From Neoechinorhynchus agilis (lineage: Eukaryota; Animalia; Acanthocephala), in the NCBI GenBank assembly GCA_051530055.1, contig CM121341.1, positions 9,030,784-9,094,783 on the forward strand: a DNA stretch of 64,000 nucleotides. Direction: 5' to 3'. Position numbers and translations under genes: made by a program. Positions 11,621-24,500 of this stretch are shown in pieces. Under the pieces are notes generated by a model. That model was not told the origin of the DNA. It did no database searches and worked only from the letters and a program-made list of their open reading frames with translations. The first letter of the stretch is position 1. Every line of letters starts with the position of its first letter.

Positions 11621-12550
11621 GACTCCAATCACATTCCCCCCCCCGGTACCTCCTCACATATCGACACAATTATGACTGATACTGAGAATGACGGATAAAA
11701 TTTGTGGTCAATGAAATTGCGTAATCTGAACAAGACGATCATTTTGTATACCCTGTAGGCATCCTTAAAAAATAAGCCAACTGCAAAGACTGCCCAGTCA
11801 AATATGAGAGACAGACTAAACAGGGACTCAACAAAAAGGATCTTACAGCACTAGCCATATTTACGGAATCGTTCGATAATGGAAGTCATCGAGTGCTCCG
11901 TCCAACCGATCGAAGACAATAAGACCGTGGCAAACCTTGAGTAGAAATGTCGGAATTATCCGAGAGGTGAAATATCGGACGGAAATAAATCGGTGAATTT
12001 TTGAATTCCCCTCGTTGTGGCAAAACTAAGAAAAAGAATGCCTTGCGACCACTTAAAACACCCTAGAGGGATCCTGAAAGTCGACTCATATTGAATCAGT
12101 CATTTTATCAATTCAATTTTTTCGCAAGTTTATTTCGGTGTACACAAGCGACCTAGATAACACGTCTTAATGTCGTTTCAAATGATCCGTGCCACACTTT
12201 TTAGTGTTTTTGTTGTGTCCTTTCGATTTTATCCAGAGAGCTCACGAAATGGACACCGAAAAAAGAGAAATACAAATGCCTCGATTTGTCGCCATTGAGA
12301 CAATCGGTGAAGTCGGACCAAAAAATGACGCAATAACAAAACTATTTCATATTAGGAAGATCCTTCGGGATAGTAAATATTGAAAGGTTTTTGAACATAA
12401 TCCCGGTTAAAGATTTCTTTAATATTATGTAGCCATCTAAAATAGTTTGTGTAGTAGTTCGCGAAATATTTCATAATAATAAAGGAATCTTTAAGCGGAG
12501 GATTATGTTCGCCACAACCATTTAACAATACTATTTTTTTATAAATTTCA

Positions 12551-12747
12551 TGCGCGGATCAAACGCCGAGACTCATTTTTATTGCTTAATATTTCGTGGA
12601 CAAAATCCACCTCGTCAGACATTGTTAGCAGAGGAAAGTTCAATCAAAGCATATTTGAATTTTCCTCTGCTAACAGTGTCTGACGAGGTGGATTTTGTCC
12701 ACGAAATATTAAACAATAAAAATGAGTCTCGGTGTTTGATCCGCACA
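12551..12747. mobile_element. MITE-like near-perfect palindrome with ~85-bp arms
   Basis: GCGGATCAAACGCCGAGACTCATTTTTATTG...CAATAAAAATGAGTCTCGGTGTTTGATCCGC. Confidence 0.8.
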
Positions 12748-12912
12748 ACAACAACAAATTTTATCCTTGAAAAATCAGCGATTCAAAAGAAAGGAAATCC
12801 TCGAGGCAATGGAGGATAAAGATTTTTTCCAAGTTTCATCGGCATTTTGTTAGCATAATGAAAAGACCTGGGAAAGGTCGAAATGTGAGGAGGTATCGGG
12901 TTATATGATTGG

Positions 12913-13068
12913 AGAATTATTGTTTACAAATCTTCATACACGGTAAAGAGTTTATTAACTAAAACATTCTGCGAGCCTCGTCGGATGGTGATGAATCTGA
13001 CGAAGTTCTCAGAATGTCTTTTATAAACTCTTTATCGGGTGTGAAGACTTTTTCTAAACAATAATTCT
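12913..13068. mobile_element. MITE-like foldback element, family 1 (related to 11461)
   Basis: Ends AGAATTATTGTTT / AAACAATAATTCT. Inner TCTTCA..GTAAAGAGTTTAT / ATAAACTCTTTA..TGAAGA. Confidence 0.75.
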
Positions 13069-13642
13069 AGCCTCGGGAAAGCCCTAACTTTGATCTACAT
13101 TATTAATTTAGCATGCTTTAGGGATTATTTGTTTTTAGGGGTGAACATGGTTTTGTCCTTAGCACACTCCGATTACTCATAATAATTATTTTTTGCAATC
13201 CGTTACACGTGAAGATAGACTAAATAATTCAGCAAATGATCAGTGTCTTTTAGAACTTTTTTACTCGGCTTATTTTCCCTTTTTTAGGCAAACAGCGAAA
13301 CCGATCTCTTACATCAGAGAAGTGATTAAATCCCTAAAATCGCTGCTGTTTCCATTTAAATCAAATATTTGTATTAAGTAAAGCGTTAAAACTTGTTTGT
13401 TTTTTGGTTACTTTTATGAACAAATGAACACCTCAATACAAATTGTTATTTTTGACGTTAATTGTAACCGCAAAAAGGCTTCTATGCGACGACAGTACTT
13501 GGTTTACATCCTTAAAGTGGCAAATATGCAGTTTGGGAGATACTTTTGAAAACATTAAAGCCGGAAACACAATTTAGTTTTTAAGAAAAGTGCGGTGATA
13601 CAGGTAAAACGAAGGATTTCTCTCTAAATTGATCTTTTTCAG

Positions 13643-13879
13643 ATGGAACCAACATCTGAGGCAGAGAAAGTGGAGCTTGAAAGAAAAGCACGGGAGATGC
13701 TCCAACGCGAAGCCGATCGGTTCAAGGTTAGTGGAATAGACAGTATTCGTAAGAATGGAATCGATCGCAAATTTCTGAGTAGGATTGTTACACGTGTTAC
13801 TTCAGTAAACTCTTCAATGAACAACGGGGAACTTCAAAAGCAGAATCTAAATTCAACAAGAAATAAATCCTCATTTTAA
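13643..13879 (+). CDS. Small protein resembling 'POLR1D isoform 2' family, 78 aa
   Basis: ELERKAREMLQREADR...RKFLSRIV matches from memory the ELERKA.E.L..EA.R...RFL pattern. Preceded by a 40-nt GT-AG segment (13603-13642) ending right at the ATG. Confidence 0.5.
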   Translation: MEPTSEAEKVELERKAREMLQREADRFKVSGIDSIRKNGIDRKFLSRIVTRVTSVNSSMNNGELQKQNLNSTRNKSSF

Positions 13880-14158
13880 TAGTCTCATCTCAATGAAACG
13901 ATGAGTTTCTAATCCTCAATGGCGCATTTCTATACTTTTTAACAAAAATTAATTTCAAACTCTAACGAGAGAAAAATATCTCATAGTTATATCCAACGAA
14001 TAGTCTTTGATTTCAAAATGCCGTAAATACAACATTAAAGAATGCACTAATTAATACTTTGTGTTTAAGTGTGGCCGTTTTCATGGCTGATAATTTTTTG
14101 TTGGACACACTGCCCACCGATCTGAGTCAGAAAACTTCTCTAACGGTGGGTTGTGTGC

Positions 14159-15935
14159 CCATAAAAAAGGCCATACTTAAAACACAGACCAAAATTAGAA
14201 ACTGGCCGAGTTTTTTGTACATTCCGTGGTTGTGCTGAAATGGTCTTAGAAGGTCTTTAACCCTAAATCCCTATTTAAGTTAATCAAAATCCACTATCGC
14301 CGATGACTCACAAAGAAAAAGGGGACGAAATATGTCGTTGAAGGGAAGAGGAAACTCGGTCTCCTCATGGGAAAATATCTAAGGATCCAAATGGATTCGT
14401 ACAAAACTCATAACCGTGAATGGTTCAGAATAGTCTAAGTGATTCAATCACTTCTCTGATGTTCGAGATATCGGTGCGGTTTCATGCCAACAACAACAAA
14501 AATTATCAGCCATGAAAAAGGCCATACTTAAAACACAGACCAAAATTAGAAACTGGCCGAGTTTTTTGTACATTCCGTGGTTGTGCTGAAATGATCTAAA
14601 AAGGTCTTTAACCCTAAATTCCTATTTAAGTTAATCAAAATCCACCATCGCCGATGACTCTCAAAGAAAAAGGGGACGAAATATGCCGTTGAAGGGAAGA
14701 GGAAACTCGGTCTCCTCATGGGAAGATATCTAAGGATTCGAATGGATTCGTACAAAACTCATAACCGCGAATGGTTCAGAATAGTCTAAGTGATTCAATC
14801 ACTTCTCTGATGCCAGAGATATCGGTGCGGTTTCATGCCAACAACAACAAAAATTATCAGCCATGAAAAAGGCCATACTTAAAACACAGACCAAAATTAG
14901 AAACTGGCCGAGTTTTTTGTACATTCCGTGGTTGTGCTGAAATGATCTAAAAAGGTCTTTAACCCTAAATTCCTATTTAAGTTAATCAAAATCCACCATC
15001 GCCGATGACTCTCAAAGAAAAAGGGGACGAAATATGCCGTTGAAGGGAAGAGGAAACTCGGTCTCCTCATGGGAAGATATCTAAGGATCCGAATGGATTC
15101 GTACAAAACTCATAACCGTGAATGGTTCAGAATAGTCTAAGTGATTCAATCACTTCTCTGATGCCAGAGATATCGGTGCGGTTTCATGCCAACAACAACA
15201 AAAATTATCAGCCATGAAAAAGGCCATACTTAAAACACAGACCAAAATTAGAAACTGGCCGAGTTTTTTGTACATTCCGTGGTTGTGCTGAAATGGTCTA
15301 AAAAGGTCTTTAACCCTAAATCCCTATTTAAGTTGGTCAAAATCCACTATCGCCGATTACTCCAAAGAAAAAGGGGACGAAATACCACTTTGAAGGGAAG
15401 AGGAAACTCGGTCTCCTCATGGGAAGATATTAAGGATCCAATGGATTCGTACAAAACTCATAACCGTGAATGGTTCAGAATAGTCTAAGTGATTCAATCA
15501 CTTCTCTGATGGAGATATCGGTGCGGTTTCATGCCAACAACAACAAAAATTATCAGCCATGAAAAAGGCCATACTTAAAACACAGACCAAAATTAGAAAC
15601 TGGCTGAGTTTGTTGTACATTCCGTGGTTGTGCTGAAATGGTCTAAAAAGGTCTTTAACCCTAAATCCCTATTTAAGTTGGTCAAAATCCACTATCGCCG
15701 ATGACTCACAAAGAAAAAGGGGACGAAATACCACTTTGAAGGGAAGAGGAAACTCGGTCTCCTCATGGGAAGATATTTAAGGATCCGAATGGATTCGTAC
15801 AAAACTCATAACCGCGAATGGTTCAGAGTAGTTTAAGTGATTCAATCACTTCTCTGATGTTCGAGATATCGGTGCGGTTTCATGCCAACAACAACAAAAA
15901 TTATCAGCCATAAAAAAGGCCATACTTAAAACACA
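14159..15935. repeat. Tandem array B, ~5 units of 351 bp
   Basis: Identical ORFs at 14546 and 14897 give a 351-bp period. Related sequence occurs at 2280-2328 and 16590-16780. Confidence 0.95.
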
Positions 15936-16083
15936 AAATAAAAGTTACCGGCTAGCGAGACTTCAAAAAATAATTAATACTTACGAATTCTGAAAGCGAA
16001 TATCTGTGTTCTGAATTAATCATCAAAGCCTTATCGGAAAAATCATTAGAGATGGATGAAAATCTTTACTTTATCTATTTTTT

Positions 16084-16275
16084 TCGATTGTTCTTATTTA
16101 AGCAAGTTAAGTGGTAGAAAACAAATTTTGACACCGACGGAGTTTTATATTCCTTCTTCAGGATCCTGAAAAACAAACATGATTGTTTCGCAAGTTTGTT
16201 GCTGACTAAAACTCCGAAACATCGGTGTCAAAATTTATTTTCAACCGCTTAACTTGCTTAAATAAGAACAATCGA
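16084..16275. mobile_element. MITE-like foldback element
   Basis: Arms TCGATTGTTCTTATTTAAGCAAGTTAAG..TTTTGACACCGA / TCGGTGTCAAAA..CTTAACTTGCTTAAATAAGAACAATCGA. Confidence 0.8.
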
Positions 16276-16950
16276 CAAATCGTATAAGTCTTCTTCACGA
16301 ATGGTGCGCATAAATGCTTTTTTTGTAGTTCCATACTCACTTCCAGCATCGATCCAACTCTATAGTTTGTCACTGAGTTTCGTCGGTGGTGTGGTTACTT
16401 TTGAAACTCTCTCGTGGCTCCCTGTGAGGACTATAGGAAGTTCTCTTATGACAGCAACGACATTTCTCAAGAGTCTGGCAGTGTAAGGTCTACATTGTGG
16501 TGTATCTTTGCGAACAAGGCAGTTTATCTAATTGGCTAGATATAATACATTTCGTAGTTGTGTCGAGGTAATCAAGTGGACTAATGCTCCAGATCCCACC
16601 AGTTGAGGGTCAACTGATTCGAATCCGTTACCGCCAATGACGCACAACCAAAGGAGACGAAATACCGATGAGTCCCGCTTCCCCGGGAGGTATCTGAGAA
16701 TTTGGAGGGATTCTTACAAACTCTTAACCGTGGATTAGAGACTATGTGGTTATATCACTTCTCTGATGCAAAATTGGTTTGGCTTTAAGCCTAAAAATAA
16801 GCCAGACAAGAAGGGACAAACAAAAATTTAATGATGATAATAAAAAGCAATTTTTGAACCTTTGATTGTCCCCCACAATAATTCTCATGGATTTCCTAGA
16901 TTTAAGCGTACTTTTCCAGAATGTATCCTTTGTAGATTTGAGGCGGCATC

Positions 16951-17832
16951 ATGAGCACACCCTCGTCGGGATCGCAAGTTTCTTGGACGAATCATTGCGC
17001 CTCCCAAGCCAAACTGTGGGCTGTCACACTTGGATACTACATTGATCCGTATCTACCTGCGCTTACCACAATACAAGGAAGTTCCAAACCACCTCCTGAG
17101 ATGAACATCGGTAACCATATCCGGTCCACTTTGATCTTTGACGAGATGATTCCATTCGACCAAATCGTTAATATCGGTGCTGGTTTCGACACCTCCTATT
17201 TTCGACTCAAAGATCTATCTGACGGGAAAATAAGAAGATGTATTGAGTTTGACTTAAAGAAGGTTGTTTCCCAAAAGGCGCAACTCATAAACGCTTCTCC
17301 TAGTCTTTTTAAAACCGGCCTTATTCGTGATGTTCATAATGATTTTTACATGGGTGACCAAGGGAACTATTGTTTAAGTGCATGTGATTTGAACAACGTT
17401 GAAGATTTGATTGAAATGATCAAGAAATGGAAAGATGCCGGAAAAAGGATTCTAATCGTTGCAGAATGCGTTCTCTGTTACCTACCAAAAGATACCATTG
17501 ATCGGTTATTGAGTGCATTGGCTTCACAGTTACCCAATGCGTCCATGTTCATCTATGATCAAGTGAACATGAACGATAGCTTTGGTGTACAGATGATTCG
17601 TTCACTCGCTGAACGAGGTGTTGCGATCCCTGGAGCTGCTCATAGTATTAACGAACTGAAACAACGGTTTTTGAATTGCGGTTGGAAGCACGTGGAAGCT
17701 AAGATGATGTTTGATGTATATAATGGACACAAATGGATCGTGCCTTTATTGGATAGATGTCCACTTGATGGAATCGATATTCTAGAACAGCTCTATTCTC
17801 ACTACTGCTTCGTCCGTGCCACGAATCATTAG
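16951..17832 (+). CDS. LCMT1: Leucine carboxyl methyltransferase 1-like, 293 aa, intronless
   Basis: AVTLGYYIDPY, PPEMNIGNHIR, QIVNIGAGFDT, IEFDL, AECVLCYL, YDQVNMNDSFG, EQLYSHYC. Confidence 0.9.
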   Translation: MSTPSSGSQVSWTNHCASQAKLWAVTLGYYIDPYLPALTTIQGSSKPPPEMNIGNHIRSTLIFDEMIPFDQIVNIGAGFDTSYFRLKDLSDGKIRRCIEFDLKKVVSQKAQLINASPSLFKTGLIRDVHNDFYMGDQGNYCLSACDLNNVEDLIEMIKKWKDAGKRILIVAECVLCYLPKDTIDRLLSALASQLPNASMFIYDQVNMNDSFGVQMIRSLAERGVAIPGAAHSINELKQRFLNCGWKHVEAKMMFDVYNGHKWIVPLLDRCPLDGIDILEQLYSHYCFVRATNH

Positions 17833-18559
17833 TGTTCCTTCTAAATTTGAAAAAGTGTTTTTTAAAACGACGTTTTTTCTTCTCTCGTGAATGATCATGA
17901 GAGAATACCTCAAATTTAGTCAAGTCCTCACGAATATTGCGAAAATCGCATTTTATTGCTTGCACATTAACGCGTTTCTGGAGGAATCAAAGCCTCTTTT
18001 TTGTCGCACAAACCTTCTCCGAATTCAATTGCGAAAAAAATCCATTTAGCCACACGCAGCAACTCGGAATTATTCGCAATATCGCTTTTTTTGACTTCCA
18101 TGATTCATTTTTGTAAACTTACAAACTAACGAGCGTTTATTAAATCTTGGAAATAAAAAGGAGTGCTTTAAAAGTCATACTGTATCGAAATCATTTCTTT
18201 TCAATGTTATTATTTGATTGAGAAACATAAAAGGGCGTCAAGGAAATATCTGTTATCGTTTAGTCTGAATATTTCCCCTCATAGAAAAAAAACATTACAC
18301 ACGGAATAAGTGAAAATTGAATATTTACAGCCAAAATGTTAAGGGGTCTAAGAGCGTCCAACATATTTCGGTTATTTAAAAAAAATACAGAGTTTTGATA
18401 AAAATTAATTGAAAAAACAAAGCGTATTTTAAGGTGATCGACCACATTCAAAGAAACGAAACTATTCGGAGAATACTCTGAAGCACTGAAAAAAAGCGAT
18501 TTTTATGTTTTCGTTGTAAAATTAAACGGATTTTTAGAATTATATATATATAAACGGTT

Positions 18560-21500
18560 TTATTTGCGCAACACAAAAGCTGCTCCTGAGCGCCGTAAAA
18601 TAGACTGAGAATGGCGCTCGTAATCGCAATAGACGAAAAATAAAGGATCCTCCGTAAAGTCATTCAAGGTTGATCGATGATAAACTGGCACTCGAATAGT
18701 CGTGCTCTTCAATGATCCTTCGATTAATTTAAGGGATAAGTCCGGACATTCGTTAAACCAAGACTCCGCTGACATCTCCAAAGGGTGTAAAACGAAATTT
18801 CGGTCAAAAGTTGCTCCCTTTATCAGACTTCCACTAAACGTCAAACCGTTTCCGTCACCGATTCCAGCAATCATCAACTCAAGGATTTCAAATTCCTCTT
18901 TCTTAAAATGGTTGTACACAAATTTCCTTGGATTGATAAACAGACCGAGATTAACCATCTTTTCTTTTATCATTTTCACTCGTTTGTGGCACATTTTTTG
19001 CCATTCGAACATTGCCAACCCTTCAAATATCTCGTCATCTTCAGAGCCACAAATATTGTGGATCCAAAAATGTTTGAGGTCATCACAGGCTAAGACATGA
19101 TTGGCGCAATCTTTTTTCTTCTTAAGAAACTCGCGTACTTGAAGTACATTCTGTTGAAATAAAATGACTTCGTTTGCCATAAAATCCGGATATTCCATGT
19201 TCCCGAACTCAGGAAGATTTACCTCAAAATCTTCAATAAACATCAAAATCTCATTTATGTCAATGTCCTTTAGCATCGCCAAACTTTTATTCAGTTGCTT
19301 TGACATTTCCTCCTCGCATAATCCATATATCGCATCGCTTACATCTTGGTCTGCTCGTGGACCATTAAATGTTTTCCTATCAAAGTATATATTGATCCAT
19401 TGCTGAACTACGGACTTCGAAAATGGTCCAATCTGGGTATATACGGCAGTCAAACGCTCTTTTAATACACTAAGACTTTCTCCATTCTCAATAATATCCG
19501 CAAAATATTCAAACTCGTTCTTGCCATACTTCCAAGGACTCGGTAAAACGTTTGCTTGTTGCAAAAGGCACAACACTTCGTGAGTAGACTTCTGAGCCAT
19601 GCGCAAATTCTCGCCGATTGAACGTTGCTGAGCCGAGCCTTCGCTTAAATTACATTGAGCAATTTTTAGACATTCTAACACTAATCTTCGTTGACTCGAT
19701 GACAGCACCGATACATTAAAAATCATCCAAATCCTAAACGAATTTCTCTGTTCGATTTCAGTTCTCATGATTTCCCTTACATAAACAACCATTCGATTGC
19801 TTAATTTCTCGCCGTCAAACAGTACCCACTGTCCTCGAGAATAACATTCCTTTAATTTCAACTTAAATTCAGCGTCAGAGTCAGTGGAAATAATCGATAA
19901 CTCAAGTGAAGTATACATACGAGCGATCGGTTTCAATTGATTGACCAACGTAGAAGCATCCTTGCATCCCAAAACAGCTATACCGACTGATGCTTTTGTT
20001 TCTGACGTAAAAAGACGTTCAATTGAAAAAGATTCTTGTACAAAAAATATTTCGCCCAACGTTTTGTCAATATAATCTTTCATTACACTCACCGATCGAT
20101 TATTTAGATTTTGCATGTTATTAACAAAACGGTTAAATTCATGATTAGTTTCAGTATTGACTTTTTCCTGTCGTAGAAATTTCAACACACTGTTTTCATC
20201 TATATTAGTCCTAAAAATTTGGATTCCAACACATAAAATAAATTGGAGAATCAGCTGATGAACTTCATTGAACATTACCATAGCACATCGTTGAAACAAG
20301 AAAACGGCAATGGTTTCCATCATTGAGCTCGTCATTGAATACGGATCAGTTGTATCGCCAGCAATATCGTCAATAGCAGCGTCCACGACTGAAATCAATT
20401 CATCCGTTGAAAACTCATAAGCATTATTTATATCCTTTAGTCTGCCAATTAAATTTATGGCAAATAAAGTGCAATCGGCCACCTTCTCTAAACTATCCGT
20501 CATCTTTCGATAAGGGGCGCTGTAAATCATTCCCTGTGCTGCTTCTATAGCTTCCGTAAATTTTGATTCTTCGGCGACATTTCGCTCGAGATTATTCAAA
20601 AGGCCACGGTTATTAAGAAAATCTCCTTCAGCTGATGAAAGTTCAATCAGAAGTACGTGTTCAACCATTTTTCTCTTAGCCATAGTATCAAGAATGTCTT
20701 CTCTTTTTTCGCCCGATTCAAGATTCATAAATAATCGCATCCCGGTTAAAATAGACATAAGTTGCTCTTTTTTGTTATCATCTTCACAATCAATACAAAT
20801 AAATCGTTTTAATTTCTTGGCGCGTTTAAAAGCACAGGTAAACGAATCTTCAGTAATGATCAGAATCGGAAAACTGGGTTTTACATTAAGTTTAACATAT
20901 TCACTGAGACAATCTACCTTCGAATCAAATGTCCAATTATTTAACATTAAATTTTGAGTGTTCTTTAATGCATCGTGCATTTTAAGCTCACATTCGGGAT
21001 CACTGGCATCTATTTCAATCATTTGTTCACTTCTTCCCATCGATCGGAACCAATTTATTAATGTATTGCTGGGACGAACCAGGATTCTAGGAATATCGTT
21101 TGGAAGTTCTGAAAATATAAGAAGTGCATATTCGAGTTGAGATTTTCTTTGGGGTAATCCGTTGACAGTCCATTCTGGAATTCGGTCATCATTATTGATA
21201 AGGTCATCGTAGAAACGCTCGCCGATTGTGATTCGCTGCTCTTCTATAAATTAGATCTCGGATTTTAAGGTCAACAATGTTGAATAAACATTTCGCGTAG
21301 ATATTCTTCTTAATTGCAGATGTTCAAAATATAAATGGTAGGATCTCTAACTTAGTTTTCCAATATTTAAAAAGAAGGAAAATTCGATGCGGTGTAATAA
21401 AAACACACGGAGCAGTTTTGTTGAACAATCTTTTTTTAATTGCGCTGAAATTCTTTATTTTATCTAAACCGAAATTCCTAACATTATTCAATTAACGCTC

Positions 21501-24500
21501 TTTCCAATGTTAAACCTAAAAATATATAACACAATTAAATTTAAAAGTTAGAATTCTCAAGCCACTTCACAAGGTGACAAAAGATTTAAAAGTCTGAACT
21601 TTAAATAGCGATTTTAAATTATATATGAATTTTTTAATACTTTAGCACTATTTTAAGAGATAGTCTCTTTCGCGAAACTTCTACCTTTTTCCCTTAAGAT
21701 TTTCAATGCCCCGAAATTCTAAATTCGAGAACTAATTCGTAAGAGCAAACTCAATTGATCGCGAAATATATAAGTCCGTTGTGATGACTGAAAAAATGGT
21801 CCGTAGACATTAAAGCTAGATATAATAATCGAATTTCCAATGATGGAATTTAACGTTTTCTGGAGAGTTTCTGACTCGAGTTTCCATCTAAGCCTAATAT
21901 CCAATAAACCTGTTAAAAGCCGCTCGCAAACCTGTGCATGTTCCTCCGTCATTTGAGCCTTTTCTCTTACCTTGACCAATCGTTTATTCGCCATGGACTG
22001 CATCTCCTCAAGTTGTTGTAGATGCTTCTCGAATTTAGCCACAACCCCTTGAAGCTCTTTAAATTGTAATTCACCCGCTTTAGCCTTCTTTTCAAGCTCA
22101 GCAACAACTTTTTCTTTAGGCCGAATCTCCTCGTATGCGGTAAGGTATTTTCGCGCAGATAACATAAAGGAAAGGAGTTCAGAACCTGCAAAGCTTTTTC
22201 GCTTCATCGCATTCACAAACTCTTCGTCCGTTGGATCGCCTTCATCGTCTAATTTTTCAATCTTTATGTTAGCTTTAAGTTTACCAAGCCACTTGTCCAA
22301 TTCACGAACATCTTTGGCTTTCACTTCTTCGGGTCGTCGAGTCTTCAAATCGTTCATAAAATTGGGACCAAGCATCGTGCGCTTGACCGCTGGCCAATTT
22401 ACAGTTTTAACTCCCATATAACTCAAAATACAATATCCAACGTAGACTACAGCTTTAGCTGGATCAGGGAAGCTACTCATCTCGGCAATGTGTTCATTCT
22501 TCAACTTCTCCAGGGATTGTCTTGCTGCTTCCAATAAAGGAAGAGCGTCGTTTAAAATCTGAACGGCCCGTTTCCTCTCGACATCGATCAAGAAGTTCTG
22601 TTTATCGATTTCTTCTCTAGTCTCTTCCATTGCGCTCCTTTTTGCTCGCTGGGCAACTTTTACTTTCTCGATTTCCTTAGATAAACGTTTAAAATGAGCC
22701 TCTTGCTTTCCCAAGTTAGTCTTTTCAACTTTTACTCCCCGCTGAAGCTCCTCGACCTCTCCTCGAATTTGTTTTATCTTTTCTAAAGCTTTATCAAGTT
22801 TCTGAGATCTACCGATTATCAATTGTTTCTGAGTTGACAGAATACTGTTGAAAAGAGATATGAATCTTTGGAATTCTCGAAAACCAATAAATCTATCAGG
22901 CAATTTTCGTCTTATATACTCATGAATGCGAACAAGAGTCTTTCCTGTTGAAAAATCGATATCTGGTAAATATTTCGAAACGAATTGCGATAAAATCGCG
23001 TCCTTTGGGATTGATAACTTCATTGCGAAAAGGTTAGCCAAGATCTCACCAAGATTGTCCCGCATGCATCTTTGTCTAAATTCTTCGTAATTTTGGCAGC
23101 GGACGACAATCACCGGACACTCTGTGTCAACTTCTTTAACTATATTTCCCTCCATTCTCGAAGCCAAGATTTTGCGATAATGATTACAGTCGTGGAGGTG
23201 CATTTTGATATGTTCTGAATATTCGGATAAATCATCTTCATCGATATACATTAACGCGTGCGGATTTTGAAATTTATCTGATTTGCTAATAAATTCGTAT
23301 CCTGCAATTAACGCAGCCAATCGCATGTGAGCTTCACATCCAGCACCACGTTTTGCAACAATTAAAATATTACGATGCAAATGCATATTCTCTAGAATCC
23401 TCGTCAACTTTTCGTCGGTATCAGCTAAGTAAAATAACGGTAAACTGTTTTCATGCAATTTCAAATATGTTTTAACTTTCTCATTAAACGGGTCAACAAT
23501 TGTCAAAAGCTTTGATCGATTTTGCCGCTTTATTTTCTTATTTTTCTTAAGTCTCCGCTTATTTTTTTTCAAAAGCTTTTTCTTCGCTTTTCGGACCTTC
23601 TTTTTTCGCTTATACGGTTTTGCATTTTCAGATTTGCCAACCATCGTCTTAGTTATCTTCTTCTTACGTTTAGTTTTATTTTTGATTGGTTTTCGCTTCT
23701 TTGCCTTTCGCTTCTTTGCCTTCCGCTTCTTTACCTTCCGCTTCTTTTTTGGACCTGAAGTCCGACGATCTTTCGAAATAATCGATAAATTTGTTACACT
23801 GTCACTTACAAGGCTGGTAATATCTGCATTATTATCAGATCGCGGTGAAAGCACCTTCTTTACGATCACTTCCCAATCTTTTAAAATCTTAGTAACGTCA
23901 GCGTTAAAATCAATAATTTGACATCGGAGCAGAAGATTTTGTAAATCCACTCTAATTGTTTTTTGATATCGATCGGGTAGTCGACTTAACAAGTGGACGG
24001 AAGCGCTTACCAATGCACGACAGCCCATTTTATTGGAATTGAAATATTTTCTGACTAAATAGTCCATGAAATTTTGTCTTGATATTCCAGGAATTTTGAG
24101 AAGAACTCCAGAAGTTAAAAATCGGTATTTTTTAATATCTGAACTTTCTAGATTTCTCACAATTGTCAGGAAAGTCGTTGTCTTGTTGTGTGATTCAATG
24201 TAATTCTTTAGTTCGGTGTAAGAGTAATCCAGAGTTCCGTCCAATATCACATAAGGGCAGTTCATGAGAATATCTTTACGGTATGGATTAAATATCGGCA
24301 CATCACGTTCCAACTTTAAGGATAAATATTCACTTAGATCTTTTAGGTCAAGCCAATCATTGCAAATTAAGGTGACATCAATATTTGTTCTCAATAGCGG
24401 TATAACAGTATGTTCTAGGAATCCTTGATGCTCCTTTATAAGAAGAATCTCACTGTCTTGGAAAGTATCGCTCCATCTTATCCAATTATTGTTCAAAAAA

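Noticed and set aside
14159-15935. Tandem 5S rRNA, SL RNA or snRNA gene cluster
   Set aside because: No recognisable 5S, tRNA, Sm-site-bearing or known leader sequence in arrays A, B, C or D.
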